From: Myxococcota bacterium
GTDB taxonomy: Bacteria > Myxococcota_A > UBA796 > CAJQPC01
Assembly: GCA_036229005.1 (NCBI GenBank)
Contig: JAZAMN010000006.1
Coordinates: forward strand, 64,001 to 128,000
Direction of reading: 5' to 3'
DNA length: 64,000 bases
The translations under genes were made by a program, and so were the position numbers. This document shows positions 48,617 to 60,295 of the stretch, one piece after another. The first letter of the stretch is position 1. Each line of letters begins with the position of its first letter. Under the pieces are notes generated by a model that ran no database searches, was not told the origin of the DNA, and saw only the letters and a program-made list of their open reading frames with translations.

Positions 48617-49714
48617 ATGAACGCTCCTCTGGCCGGTGTCCGCATCGTCGATCTGTCCCGCTTGCTCCCGGGGCCCTTCTGCACCTGGCTGCTGTCCTCA
48701 CTGGGCGCCGAGGTGATCCGCGTCGAGCCGCCAGGGGGAGGGGACTACAGCCGGCAGCTCCCTCCGCTGATCAGCGGACACGGGGTGTTCTTCGCCGCTC
48801 TGAACCGCGGCAAGCGCTCCGTGGCCCTGGACATCCGGCAGGAGCAGGGGAGGCGCGGCTTTGAGGCCCTCCTCCACTCTGCGGATGTACTGCTTGAGGG
48901 ATTCAAGCCCGGAACACTCGCCAGAGCCGGTCTGTCCGGCGAGGACATGCTGTCCCGTCACCCCAAGCTGGTCATCGCATCCATCTCGGGCTTCGGGCAG
49001 AGCGGCCCGCTGGCCCAGGAGCCGGGCCATGACCTGAACTACCAGGGCTACGCCGGGATCGTCGCCGGGCAGGCGCACCTGGAGCCCTCGGTGGTGCAGG
49101 TCGCGGACCTCGCGGGGGGCGCGCTGATGGCGGCGCTGGGCATCGTCTCCGCGCTCTACGGGGTGGCGCGGGGTGGCGCGGGGCGCTGGCTGGACTGCTC
49201 GATGACCGACGGCGCGCTGGCGCTGATGGCCCCTCAGCTCGCCGTGGCCCAGGCGGAAGGCCGCCCGCTGCGGCCGGGCGGGGAGCTGCTGACTGGCGGC
49301 GCTGCGCACTACCGCTGCTATCGCTGCGCGGACGGTCGCTGGATCACTCTTGCGCCTCTGGAGCCCAAGTTCTGGGCGGCGCTGCGCGAGGCGATCCCCG
49401 AGTGCCCCGAGGGGCCCGACGCCGCTGCGCTCACGGCGATCTTCTCCAGTCAGCCGGCTGCCCACTGGATCGCCCGCGCGCCGGGGGCCTGCGTGGGGCC
49501 GGTCCTGCGCGCCCGGGAGCTGCCGGAGCACCCGCTGCACAAGGCGCGGGGCAACTTCGAGCGCGTGTTGGGGATCCCGATGGCCAAGGCGCCCTTCCCC
49601 TGGGCCCCGGAGCCGGTGGTCCCCAGGCTGGGGGAGCACACGCGGCAGATCCTGGGGCCTTTGGGCGTGGACGTGGACGCGCTATTGAAGCTGGGTCAGG
49701 CGCAGGAGGCTTGA
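48617..49714 (+). CDS. CaiB/BaiF family III CoA-transferase (AMACR-like)
   Basis: DLSRLLPGP, LNRGKRS, SGFGQSGP, GHDLNY, DLAGG. Confidence 0.93.
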   Translation: MNAPLAGVRIVDLSRLLPGPFCTWLLSSLGAEVIRVEPPGGGDYSRQLPPLISGHGVFFAALNRGKRSVALDIRQEQGRRGFEALLHSADVLLEGFKPGTLARAGLSGEDMLSRHPKLVIASISGFGQSGPLAQEPGHDLNYQGYAGIVAGQAHLEPSVVQVADLAGGALMAALGIVSALYGVARGGAGRWLDCSMTDGALALMAPQLAVAQAEGRPLRPGGELLTGGAAHYRCYRCADGRWITLAPLEPKFWAALREAIPECPEGPDAAALTAIFSSQPAAHWIARAPGACVGPVLRARELPEHPLHKARGNFERVLGIPMAKAPFPWAPEPVVPRLGEHTRQILGPLGVDVDALLKLGQAQEA

Positions 49715-49849
49715 ATGGGCGAGTTCGTGTTCGGTGTGCCCGAGGCCGTCTTTCTGGCCATCCCCATCGGCCTGATCCTGGTGTTCATCGGGCCCAAGTG
49801 GCTCCGGGAGCGCCGGGCGGCCAAGCAGCCGCCGCAGCAGGACGAGTAG
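49715..49849 (+). CDS. 44-aa single-TM protein, TatA-like
   Basis: AGGAGG RBS; MGEFVFGVPEAVFLAIPIGLILVFIGPKWLRERRAAKQPPQQDE; below the ORF-track cutoff. Confidence 0.7.
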   Translation: MGEFVFGVPEAVFLAIPIGLILVFIGPKWLRERRAAKQPPQQDE

Positions 49850-49854
49850 GTCGC

Positions 49855-50340
49855 TCAGGCGGAGAGCACGCCCATGAAGATCTGGAGCGTGCCGACCACC
49901 AAGAACAGCGTGCTGTTCACCAGGGCTTGCGCGGTGGTCTTCTTGACGGTGTCCTCGTAGGCGCCCCGATCGCTGATCCCGTCCGGACCATCCAGCTTGC
50001 GGAGAGGGTCCATGGTCCAGATCTCGAGGTGGAAGGAGCTGGCCCAAAGCAGGGCAAAGACCACGTGCTGGGCGATTGTGAGCTGGTCCGCCAGGGTCTC
50101 CGCGGGCCACAGGAAGCCCGAGTGGGTGCGGTAGTGCATGACCGCGCCCCCCAGGATCATGGCGCCCATGGAGAGGCCCAGGCCCGGGCCCCAGGCGCGG
50201 TAGACGCGCACCAGGCGCTCACTGTGTGCGCCGACCACGAGCTGTCGCATCGCGAGCAGGAGCGCGAAGGCCAGCAGGGAGCCGCCGTAGAGAGTCGCGC
50301 CGAGCCAGCGCAGGGCTGAGAAGAAGAGATCGATTGCCAC
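49855..50340 (-). CDS. Four-TM membrane protein, unknown function
   Basis: Four hydrophobic segments; good codon bias. Confidence 0.7.
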   Translation of the reverse strand: MAIDLFFSALRWLGATLYGGSLLAFALLLAMRQLVVGAHSERLVRVYRAWGPGLGLSMGAMILGGAVMHYRTHSGFLWPAETLADQLTIAQHVVFALLWASSFHLEIWTMDPLRKLDGPDGISDRGAYEDTVKKTTAQALVNSTLFLVVGTLQIFMGVLSA

Positions 50341-50429
50341 GGGGCGATGCTAACCGCTGTCGGTCCGGAGTTGGGGTTGGCCGGCCGTCGAAGGCGGCTG
50401 CTCGAGAGGGCAGCGGGTACCATGCGGCG

Positions 50430-52310
50430 ATGAAGCTTTTGCGCAGCCCGGCCGCCGAATGGGCGCTCTACATCGCTCTCGCGCTGGTGGCCATCGGTCC
50501 CGCCCTCCGCTCCAACCACGTGGTCGGTGACGGCATCGACATGTACGGGACGATCTGGTTCTACTGGTGGATCCAGGAGTGCCTGCAGACGCTCAGCGAC
50601 CCGGGGTTCACGGACTACTTCTTCTATCCCCTGGGCAAGGACATCTTCGCGCACACGGGGAACAACTTCGTCGACGCGGTGGTGGCCGCCCCGTTCTACT
50701 GGCTCTTTGGCTCGCCGGGCTACCAGCGCTGGTTCGTGCTCGCGGTGCTCCTGGCCAACGCCGCGTCCTTCCGGGTCCTGGCGCGCGGGATGCTGCAGTC
50801 GCGGGGGGCACAGATCCTCGCGACCGTCGCGTTCATGCTCAACCCCTACGTGCTCTTTGAGATCACCTGTGGGCGGCTCACGCAGGCCTTCCTGCCCTTC
50901 ATGCCTCTGGCCTTCCACTTTCTGCTGCAGCTCGAGCGGCCCGCGAAGGGGTGGGCGCGCCTGAGGGCCCCGCTGCTGGCTGGTCTGATGGTGGCCCTCC
51001 AGGCCTGGACCTACTGGTTCATGGGCTACTTCATGGCCCTGGCGATGCTCCCGATCTTCCTGCACGCCGTCTACAAGAGCGAGCGGAGGGGGGAGCTGGT
51101 CGCGAACTACCTGATGGCGGGTGCGGCCTGCCTCCTGTTCGTCTCGCCCGCGGCCCTCTCGATGTCTGAGCTCGCTGGCGCCGGCGCCGTCCCCGGCTTG
51201 GACAACAGCGTCCAGAAGGACCTGTTCCAGCCGCCCGCCGGGCTTGGCAACAACGTCGCCTCGAACCTGCACGGCTGGGTGTTCGCGGAGTTCGCGGGCA
51301 CGCCGCTGCTGATCTCGCTGGCCTGGACGCCGCTGTGGCTGGCCATGTTCATCTGGGGCAGGGATCGGGCCCGTTGGGTGCCGGCCTTCCTGCTGCTCTG
51401 GTACTTCTCGCTTGGGCCGACCTTCCACACCCCGGCGCCCGGTGTGCGCGTTCTGGCGGTCTCTGCCCCGTACATGGCGGCCTACCACTACCTGCCCTTC
51501 TTCGACCGGCTCTGGTTCCCCTACCGCATGATGTCGGTGGCCTTCCTGGTCCTGTCGGTGGGCCTGGGGCAGCTCGCGGACCGGGCGTTCACGAGCTCTG
51601 GCTGGCGCCTTCGCAAGGCCGCCCCCGCGCTGGCGGTGCTGTTCATGGCTGTCACCCTTGGCGAGCAGGCGCGCTACCGGGTCTTCCCCTTCGTCTCGCG
51701 GGATCTGACCATGCCGGCGACCTACGAGATGATCCGGGACAACCCCGGCTATGTGATCCACCTGCCCTTCGGGATCTCGCAGCCCTCAATCATCTGGCAG
51801 ACCTTCCACGGACAGAAGATGTTCGGAGGGATGGGGGAGAACGCCCCGATCCTGCTGCCGGAGGGCTTCCAGTCCCGCATGAACCAGAACAGCTTCGTGC
51901 GCTCCATGAATGACGCTTCGCGCCGCCCCGGGATGCCGGTGGTCAAGCACCTGCCCGCCCACCGGGAGGCCTTCGAAGCCCAGGGATTCCGCTGGGTGGT
52001 GCTGCACCGCGACCTGGTCCAGATGGAGCTGATGCGGAACCGGACGCTGGCCCCGGACAAGGGCGCTGTGGCCGCGACACAGAACCTGGTGGAGCTGCTG
52101 GGAGAGCCTGTGGCGGTGGAAGGCGTGCTGGTGACCTGGGACCTGAGCGGGCAGCTCGGGCCCCTCCCTGGCTACGAGCCCACCGCCCAGAACCTGGGGA
52201 GCGCCGACTTCGAGTCGCAGGAGATCCCGGCGTATGAGCGGGCGCTCATCGAGACCGGCCGCCTGATCGGTCCCCCGGAGCTGCGGCCCGAAGGGAAGGA
52301 CAAGCGGTAG
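50430..52310 (+). CDS. Polytopic GT-C-fold-like membrane glycosyltransferase (YfhO-like)
   Basis: GDGID..GTIW..WW, FFYPLG in first loop; many TMs; FPYRM; C-terminal HLPFG..WQTFHG..MFGG soluble domain. Confidence 0.65.
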   Translation: MKLLRSPAAEWALYIALALVAIGPALRSNHVVGDGIDMYGTIWFYWWIQECLQTLSDPGFTDYFFYPLGKDIFAHTGNNFVDAVVAAPFYWLFGSPGYQRWFVLAVLLANAASFRVLARGMLQSRGAQILATVAFMLNPYVLFEITCGRLTQAFLPFMPLAFHFLLQLERPAKGWARLRAPLLAGLMVALQAWTYWFMGYFMALAMLPIFLHAVYKSERRGELVANYLMAGAACLLFVSPAALSMSELAGAGAVPGLDNSVQKDLFQPPAGLGNNVASNLHGWVFAEFAGTPLLISLAWTPLWLAMFIWGRDRARWVPAFLLLWYFSLGPTFHTPAPGVRVLAVSAPYMAAYHYLPFFDRLWFPYRMMSVAFLVLSVGLGQLADRAFTSSGWRLRKAAPALAVLFMAVTLGEQARYRVFPFVSRDLTMPATYEMIRDNPGYVIHLPFGISQPSIIWQTFHGQKMFGGMGENAPILLPEGFQSRMNQNSFVRSMNDASRRPGMPVVKHLPAHREAFEAQGFRWVVLHRDLVQMELMRNRTLAPDKGAVAATQNLVELLGEPVAVEGVLVTWDLSGQLGPLPGYEPTAQNLGSADFESQEIPAYERALIETGRLIGPPELRPEGKDKR

Positions 52311-52406
52311 ACTGCCCCGGTCTGTTCCCTCTCTGAGTTCAGCGCCGCGGCGTCCTTGCCGGAGGCGTCTTTATGGATAGGTTCGGGAGCAAGAATTGGA
52401 GCGTTC

Positions 52407-54824
<2,418 letters not shown>

Positions 54825-54841
54825 GGCCCACTGGAGAGCCC

Positions 54842-56353
54842 ATGAACCTTCGACCCTTCAAGCGCGTTCTCGTCGCCAACCGCGGCGAGATCGCGGTCCG
54901 GGTGATTCGCGCCTGCGCCGAGGAAGGCCTGGAGACCGTCGCGGTCTTCTCTGACGCCGACCGAGACGCCCGGCACGTGCGCCTGGCCACCTACGCTGAA
55001 CACATCGGACCCTCACCGGCCGCCGAGTCCTACCTCTTGGGGGACAAGCTGCTCCAGGTCGCCATCAAGCATGGCGCCGACGCGGTCCACCCCGGCTACG
55101 GGTTCTTGAGCGAGAACGCCGAGTTCGCGCAGAAGGTCCTGGACGCCGGGATGGTGTGGGTGGGGCCGCCCCCCGCGGCCATCACGGACATGGGCTCCAA
55201 GACCGGCTCCCGCCAGCGCATGCAGGCGGCGGGTGTGCCGGTCGTCCCGGGCACCGTCAACGCCCTCCGCGAGGAGGACGAGGTGCTGCGGGTCGCACGC
55301 GAGATCGGCTTCCCCGTCATGCTCAAGGCCTCCGCCGGTGGTGGTGGAAAGGGCATGCGGCGGGTCGACAGCGAAGAGGGGCTGGTCTCCGCCTTCCGGG
55401 CGGCCAGCTCCGAGGCGCGCGCCTCCTTCGGCGACGACGCCGTCTACCTCGAGAAGTTCGTGGTGAACCCGCGGCACGTCGAGATCCAGGTGCTGGCTGA
55501 TGGGCACGGCACCACGGTGCACCTCTTCGAGCGCGACTGCTCCATCCAGCGGCGCAACCAGAAGGTGGTCGAGGAGTGCCCCTGCCCCGTGCTCCCGGAG
55601 CAGACCCGCCAGGCCATGGCCTCGGTTGCGGTCAAGGCTGCTGAGGCGGTCGACTACGTCGGTGCCGGGACGGTGGAGTTCCTGCTGGGTGGGGACGGGA
55701 ACTTCTACTTCCTGGAGATGAACACCCGGCTGCAGGTGGAGCACCCCATCACCGAGGCCATCACCGGGGTGGACCTGGCGCGGGCCCAGCTCCGGATCGC
55801 GGCGGGCGAGAAGCTCTGGTTCGCCCAGGAAGACCTGCGGATCAACGGGCACGCGATCGAGTGCCGCGTGTACGCCGAGGATCCCGCGGCGAACTTCGCG
55901 CCGGCCCCCGGCCGCATCCACGAGTACCAGGAGCCCGGTGGGCCCTTCGTGCGGGTGGACAGCGGTGTTGGTCCCGGCTCGGAGGTGCCCATCTACTACG
56001 ACCCCATGATCGCCAAGCTGGTGGTCTGGGGCCGGGACCGCCAGGACGCCATCGAGCGCTGCGACCGCGCCCTGCGGGAGTACCGCATCGGCGGCATCAA
56101 GACCTCGATCCCCTTCTTCCGCAAGGTGCTGGCCGACCCGGCCTTCCGCGAGGGGCAGTACACCACCGGCTACATCACGCCGGAGTTCCTGGCCGACCTG
56201 GCGCCCGAGCGTCAAGACGAGCTGGCCACCATCGCAGCGGCCATCGCCCAGTTGGACGCCGATCTGGCCCCCGCCCGAAAGGCGGTGAGCGCCGAGCAGA
56301 CCTCGCCCTGGAAGCGCTCCGCCTCCTGGCGCAACAGCCACAGGATGCGCTGA
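54842..56353 (+). CDS. accC: Biotin carboxylase subunit of an acyl-CoA carboxylase
   Basis: ANRGEIA, HPGYGFLSEN, GGGGKGM, EMNTRLQVEHP, YYDPMIAKL; substrate class uncertain. Confidence 0.9.
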   Translation: MNLRPFKRVLVANRGEIAVRVIRACAEEGLETVAVFSDADRDARHVRLATYAEHIGPSPAAESYLLGDKLLQVAIKHGADAVHPGYGFLSENAEFAQKVLDAGMVWVGPPPAAITDMGSKTGSRQRMQAAGVPVVPGTVNALREEDEVLRVAREIGFPVMLKASAGGGGKGMRRVDSEEGLVSAFRAASSEARASFGDDAVYLEKFVVNPRHVEIQVLADGHGTTVHLFERDCSIQRRNQKVVEECPCPVLPEQTRQAMASVAVKAAEAVDYVGAGTVEFLLGGDGNFYFLEMNTRLQVEHPITEAITGVDLARAQLRIAAGEKLWFAQEDLRINGHAIECRVYAEDPAANFAPAPGRIHEYQEPGGPFVRVDSGVGPGSEVPIYYDPMIAKLVVWGRDRQDAIERCDRALREYRIGGIKTSIPFFRKVLADPAFREGQYTTGYITPEFLADLAPERQDELATIAAAIAQLDADLAPARKAVSAEQTSPWKRSASWRNSHRMR

Positions 56354-56853
56354 TGCACTACGACGTGACCCTGGATGGCACCACCCGCAGCGTCGAGATC
56401 GAGCGCGTGGACGAGACCCGCGTGCGCATCGCCATCGACGGCGCCCCCGCGCGCGAGGTCGAGCTGCGTCGCACCCGCGATGGCCTGCACATGCTGCTGG
56501 ACGGCCAGTCCTTCGACGCAGGCCTGGTCAAGCGCGACGACGGCTGGGATGTGAACCTGCTGGGCGGCCTCTACAGCACCCAGGTCATCGATCCCCGCCG
56601 AAAGGCGCTGCGGCTCGCTGGCGGTGCGGGGGAGGGCGAGATGAAGTCCTCCATGCCCGGTCGGGTGGTCTCGGTCCTCGTCGAGGAGGGGCAGCAGGTC
56701 TCCAAGGGAGAGCCCGTGCTCATCATCGAGGCCATGAAGATGGAGAACGAGGTCAAGGCCCCCGTGGATGGCGTCGTCGAGGCCATCCTGGTGGAGACCG
56801 GTCAGGCGCTGGAGGCCGGCGCCAAGCTGGCCCGGATCAAGCCCGCAGAGTGA
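56353..56853 (+). CDS. Biotin carboxyl carrier protein with N-terminal BT-like domain
   Basis: SMPGRVV, EAMKMENEV; ATG overlaps upstream TGA. Confidence 0.92.
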   Translation: MHYDVTLDGTTRSVEIERVDETRVRIAIDGAPAREVELRRTRDGLHMLLDGQSFDAGLVKRDDGWDVNLLGGLYSTQVIDPRRKALRLAGGAGEGEMKSSMPGRVVSVLVEEGQQVSKGEPVLIIEAMKMENEVKAPVDGVVEAILVETGQALEAGAKLARIKPAE

Positions 56854-56935
56854 GCGCGCCCCCGGGCGTGCGGTCTGCGCCCGGGTGACCTCGCTGGTGG
56901 ACGGGGGAGACACGAGGGGAGGGGGCCCCACCGGT

Positions 56936-57760
56936 TCAGGTGGTGGTTCCCTCGGGTTTGTCGGCCTCAGCGTCCCTCTCCTTGGTGGAGAAGATCCAGG
57001 CGATGCCGATCGACAGGACGTAGAGGATGATCAGCGGGCCGGCCATCAGGGTCTGCGTCATGGGGTCGGGGGGTGTGATGATGGCGGACACCACGAAGAT
57101 CGCGACGATGGCGTAGCGGAAGAAGCGCACCATGTCCTTGGCGTCGATGAGCCCCATGCGCGCCAGGAAGAAGATCACGACCGGGAGCTGGAAGGAGAAC
57201 CCGAAGGCGCCCAGCAGCTTGGTGGCCGTGCCCAGGTAGGAGTTCAGCGAGATCGCCGCGCCGGTGTCGAAGTCCAGCACGCTCAGGAAGAAGGCGAAGC
57301 CGTACTCGAAGATCACAAAGTAGCCAAAGCTCGCGCCGCCCAGGAAGAGCAGGCTGGAGGCGATGACCAGCGGGATGACCGTGCGCTTCTCGTTCTTGTA
57401 GAGCCCCGGCGCGATGAAGGCCCAGAGCTGGTAGAAGATGAAGGGGCTGGCGAGCAGGACGCCCGCGATGATGGCCACCTTGAGGTAGGTGATCACACCC
57501 TCCATGGGGTCGGTGATCACCAGCGAGTTCAGGGAGTCGGTGAGCTGGGCCAGCTCGGCCTCGCTCAGGTCGTCGGCCTGTCCCCGCTCGGCCAGGGCCC
57601 GCTTCATGGGGTCGACCAGGAAGTCGAAGATCTGGCCGGAGAAGGCCGAGGCGATTCCGATGCCCACGCCCGCGGCGATGAGGGCGCGGACCATGCGCGT
57701 GCGCAGCTCCCGGAGGTGCTCCAGGATGGGCATGCGGGTGTCTTGGACCGGGTCGTTCAT
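56936..57760 (-). CDS. tatC: Twin-arginine translocase subunit TatC
   Basis: HLRELRTR, QLWAFIAPGLYKNE, FQLPV, ITPPDP. Confidence 0.96.
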   Translation of the reverse strand: MNDPVQDTRMPILEHLRELRTRMVRALIAAGVGIGIASAFSGQIFDFLVDPMKRALAERGQADDLSEAELAQLTDSLNSLVITDPMEGVITYLKVAIIAGVLLASPFIFYQLWAFIAPGLYKNEKRTVIPLVIASSLLFLGGASFGYFVIFEYGFAFFLSVLDFDTGAAISLNSYLGTATKLLGAFGFSFQLPVVIFFLARMGLIDAKDMVRFFRYAIVAIFVVSAIITPPDPMTQTLMAGPLIILYVLSIGIAWIFSTKERDAEADKPEGTTT

Positions 57761-58227
57761 TCGGGGGCCTGCTCACCCGAGGCGGGGGGCGTGTCCGTGG
57801 GGGGCGCGTCTTGGGGCGGAGGCTCGGCCTGGGCCGCCTGGCGCGCGGCGGCGTCCGAGGGGGGGGGCTTCTGGGCCAGCTTGTTCAGGGCATCTTCAGC
57901 CGCTTGGGTGTGCTCGGGCGGATCTGGTTGCCGCTTGGCGGGCATGTCGCGCGGGAAGGCGCCTCCTTGCTCCTTGTAGCGCTCGGCCTCCTCCTTGCGG
58001 CGGGCCAGCAGCTCCTCGCGGCGGCGCTGGATCTCGGCAGCGCGGGCCTCCGCGTCCACCTTGTCGACCTCCAGAGTGAAGGTTCGGCGCAGATCATCGC
58101 TGGCCCGGCGCAGCTTCCCGTAGTTCCGGCCCAGAAAGCGCAGGAGCTTGGGCAGGTCATCGGGACCGACGAAGACCAGGATCAACACGGCGATGAGGGC
58201 GATCTCGCCCCAGCCCATGCCCAGCAA
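57757..58227 (-). CDS. tatB: Twin-arginine translocase subunit TatB
   Basis: GMGWGEIALIAVLILVFVGPDDLP, amphipathic helix, long tail; upstream of tatC. Confidence 0.88.
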   Translation of the reverse strand: MLGMGWGEIALIAVLILVFVGPDDLPKLLRFLGRNYGKLRRASDDLRRTFTLEVDKVDAEARAAEIQRRREELLARRKEEAERYKEQGGAFPRDMPAKRQPDPPEHTQAAEDALNKLAQKPPPSDAAARQAAQAEPPPQDAPPTDTPPASGEQAPE

Positions 58228-58300
58228 TGCAGCTCCCTGGCTTGTGGTTTGGACGGGGTGTCTTATTGTGCTGGGGCGACCGTCGCGAGGACATCTCCCC

Positions 58301-59176
58301 ATGTGCCGGCTCTTCGGCTTCCGGAGCGCGCTCCCTTCCACAACCCACCGCTCGCTGGTCCAGGCCGACAACGCCCTGGTCGAGCAGGCCCGCGCACACC
58401 CGCACGGCTGGGGGGTGGGGTACTACGTGGGGCAGGACGCCTATGTGCTCAAGAGCGGCGATGCGGCCCACACCAGCGACCGCTTCCGCCTGGCCAGCTC
58501 GCGCCTGCGCTCCCAGACATTTGTCGTGCACGTGCGGCAGGCCACGGTGGGGGGCACCGACTACCTCAACGCGCACCCCTTCCGGCACGGGCGCTGGATC
58601 TTCGCCCACAACGGCTCTCTGTGGGGCTTCGAGGAGCTGGCCCCCGAGCTCGCTCGCTGGATCCCGGCGCAGCGCAGGGCCCTGATCCTGGGGCAGACCG
58701 ACTCCGAGATGCTCTTCCACTACCTGCTGAGCGCCCTGGAGGCCGCGGGCTTCGACGCCACGGGCCACGCCGGGGAGTGCGACGCCAAGGGGGCCGGGCA
58801 GGTGCTCTCGGGGGCCGTTGATCGCCTCTACCAGCTCGCCGCGCACAAGGGCCTGGAGCCGCCCATCGTGAACTTCATCCTCACCGACGGCGAGCTGATG
58901 TTCGGCCTGCGCGCTGGCAAGGCCCTGTTCATGAGCACCCAGAAGCACCACTGCCCGGACGCGGAGACCTGCCCGGAGCCCAACAAGTTCTGCCTGCTCG
59001 CTGCCGCCCCCGTCGGGGAGCCCGTCAACCACCTGCTGCTCTCCAGCGAGCCCATCGGACAGGACGACCGCTGGGAGAGCCTGGAGCAGGGGGAGATGAT
59101 CGTGCTGGAGCGGGACTTTCGGGTGCACCGCCTCCCACCCATCCCCAACTGGGCACCCTGCAGCCGCGTGGAGTAG
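58301..59176 (+). CDS. Class II glutamine amidotransferase (YafJ/EgtC-like)
   Basis: MCRLFG, HPHGWG, HVRQAT.G, NAHPF, AHNG, GQTDSE, SEP. Confidence 0.9.
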   Translation: MCRLFGFRSALPSTTHRSLVQADNALVEQARAHPHGWGVGYYVGQDAYVLKSGDAAHTSDRFRLASSRLRSQTFVVHVRQATVGGTDYLNAHPFRHGRWIFAHNGSLWGFEELAPELARWIPAQRRALILGQTDSEMLFHYLLSALEAAGFDATGHAGECDAKGAGQVLSGAVDRLYQLAAHKGLEPPIVNFILTDGELMFGLRAGKALFMSTQKHHCPDAETCPEPNKFCLLAAAPVGEPVNHLLLSSEPIGQDDRWESLEQGEMIVLERDFRVHRLPPIPNWAPCSRVE

Positions 59177-59212
59177 ACGAGGTCACCCTGGCGCCGACCA
59201 CTCCGGCGGGCG

Positions 59213-60241
59213 CTATCTGGGGCTCTTAAGGATGCCCGGGAACTGCACGTTGCCGCGCGGGTCGACGCCCATGTAGCGGTTGTCGGCCTGCCCGATGTTC
59301 ACGGTGAACTGGCCTTCGGGCAGGTAGGCGCGCCCGTCTGCCTCGACCAGGCCCTCGGGCGGGGGCGGGAAGGGGCCGGCGCTCCACCACGCCTGAACGA
59401 CCGCGTTGTCCAGCGGGCCCATGCCGGACTCGGTGACGATCTGGATGGACTCCAGGCGGCCGTCGGAGGTGATGGTGACGTGCACGGCCGTCATGTAGAG
59501 CGGCTTGGAGAAGGGCAGGCCCGTTGGCAGGTTGTCCAGGTTCTGGTCCCAGTAGAAGGCCACCATGCGCCGGATCTGGTTGATGTAGCTGGCGTACAGG
59601 AACTCCTTGGTGTTCAGGTAGGTCGCCTCACCGTCGGGCACATCCAGCAGGTCGTTGTTGGGCGCCCCAGCCAGGCTCGTCTCCGAGTGGGAGGCTACCG
59701 TGGGCGCCTGGAAGCCGTCCTTGTTGGTGATCCGGTAGGGCGAAGGGAGTGACGCCATCGCGCCGTGCCGGTCGGGATCGAAGCGGTCGTTGCCCACCTG
59801 CGCGCCCGTGGAGGGCTCCGTGGCGTTCACGTCGACCAGGTCCTCCATCTCCACCTTGTCATCGGGCGAGTAGACGTTGGAGAGCACCTCGGGGTTGATG
59901 CGCCACTGGGTCTTCATCTCCTGCTCGACGCGGTTGTCGGCCTCGGCCAGGTAGTCGGCGTCCTCGGGCTTCTGGGGGTCCTCGGGCGACACCACGTCGA
60001 CGATCTGGCCGTCGTAGTCGACCGGCTCCGGCTCCTCTTCCGGCTCCTCCTCCTCCTCGGTCGGATCCAGCATGACGATCTGCATCGGGGGCAGGGCCTC
60101 GGGGACCTCGGGCTCCAGGGCCTCCCAGATGGGGCCGCCCACGCCGACGATCAGCACATGCGCGAGCAGAGAGAGCCCCAGCCAGGTCAGGACCTTGGCG
60201 AGGCGGTCTCCGGGGCGGTGTCGGCGGCGTGCGGGAGGCAT
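59213..60241 (-). CDS. TonB/TolA-like energy transducer
   Basis: TM with SLLAH (SxxxH), acidic/Pro linker, C-terminal ITSDG...ESG...DNA...A...GPFPPPP. Confidence 0.85.
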   Translation of the reverse strand: MPPARRRHRPGDRLAKVLTWLGLSLLAHVLIVGVGGPIWEALEPEVPEALPPMQIVMLDPTEEEEEPEEEPEPVDYDGQIVDVVSPEDPQKPEDADYLAEADNRVEQEMKTQWRINPEVLSNVYSPDDKVEMEDLVDVNATEPSTGAQVGNDRFDPDRHGAMASLPSPYRITNKDGFQAPTVASHSETSLAGAPNNDLLDVPDGEATYLNTKEFLYASYINQIRRMVAFYWDQNLDNLPTGLPFSKPLYMTAVHVTITSDGRLESIQIVTESGMGPLDNAVVQAWWSAGPFPPPPEGLVEADGRAYLPEGQFTVNIGQADNRYMGVDPRGNVQFPGILKSPR

Positions 60242-60295
60242 CAAATCAAACCTGCCACCCTGAGGGCGTGCAGGCAAGGCTTAGGCGGGCCGGGT

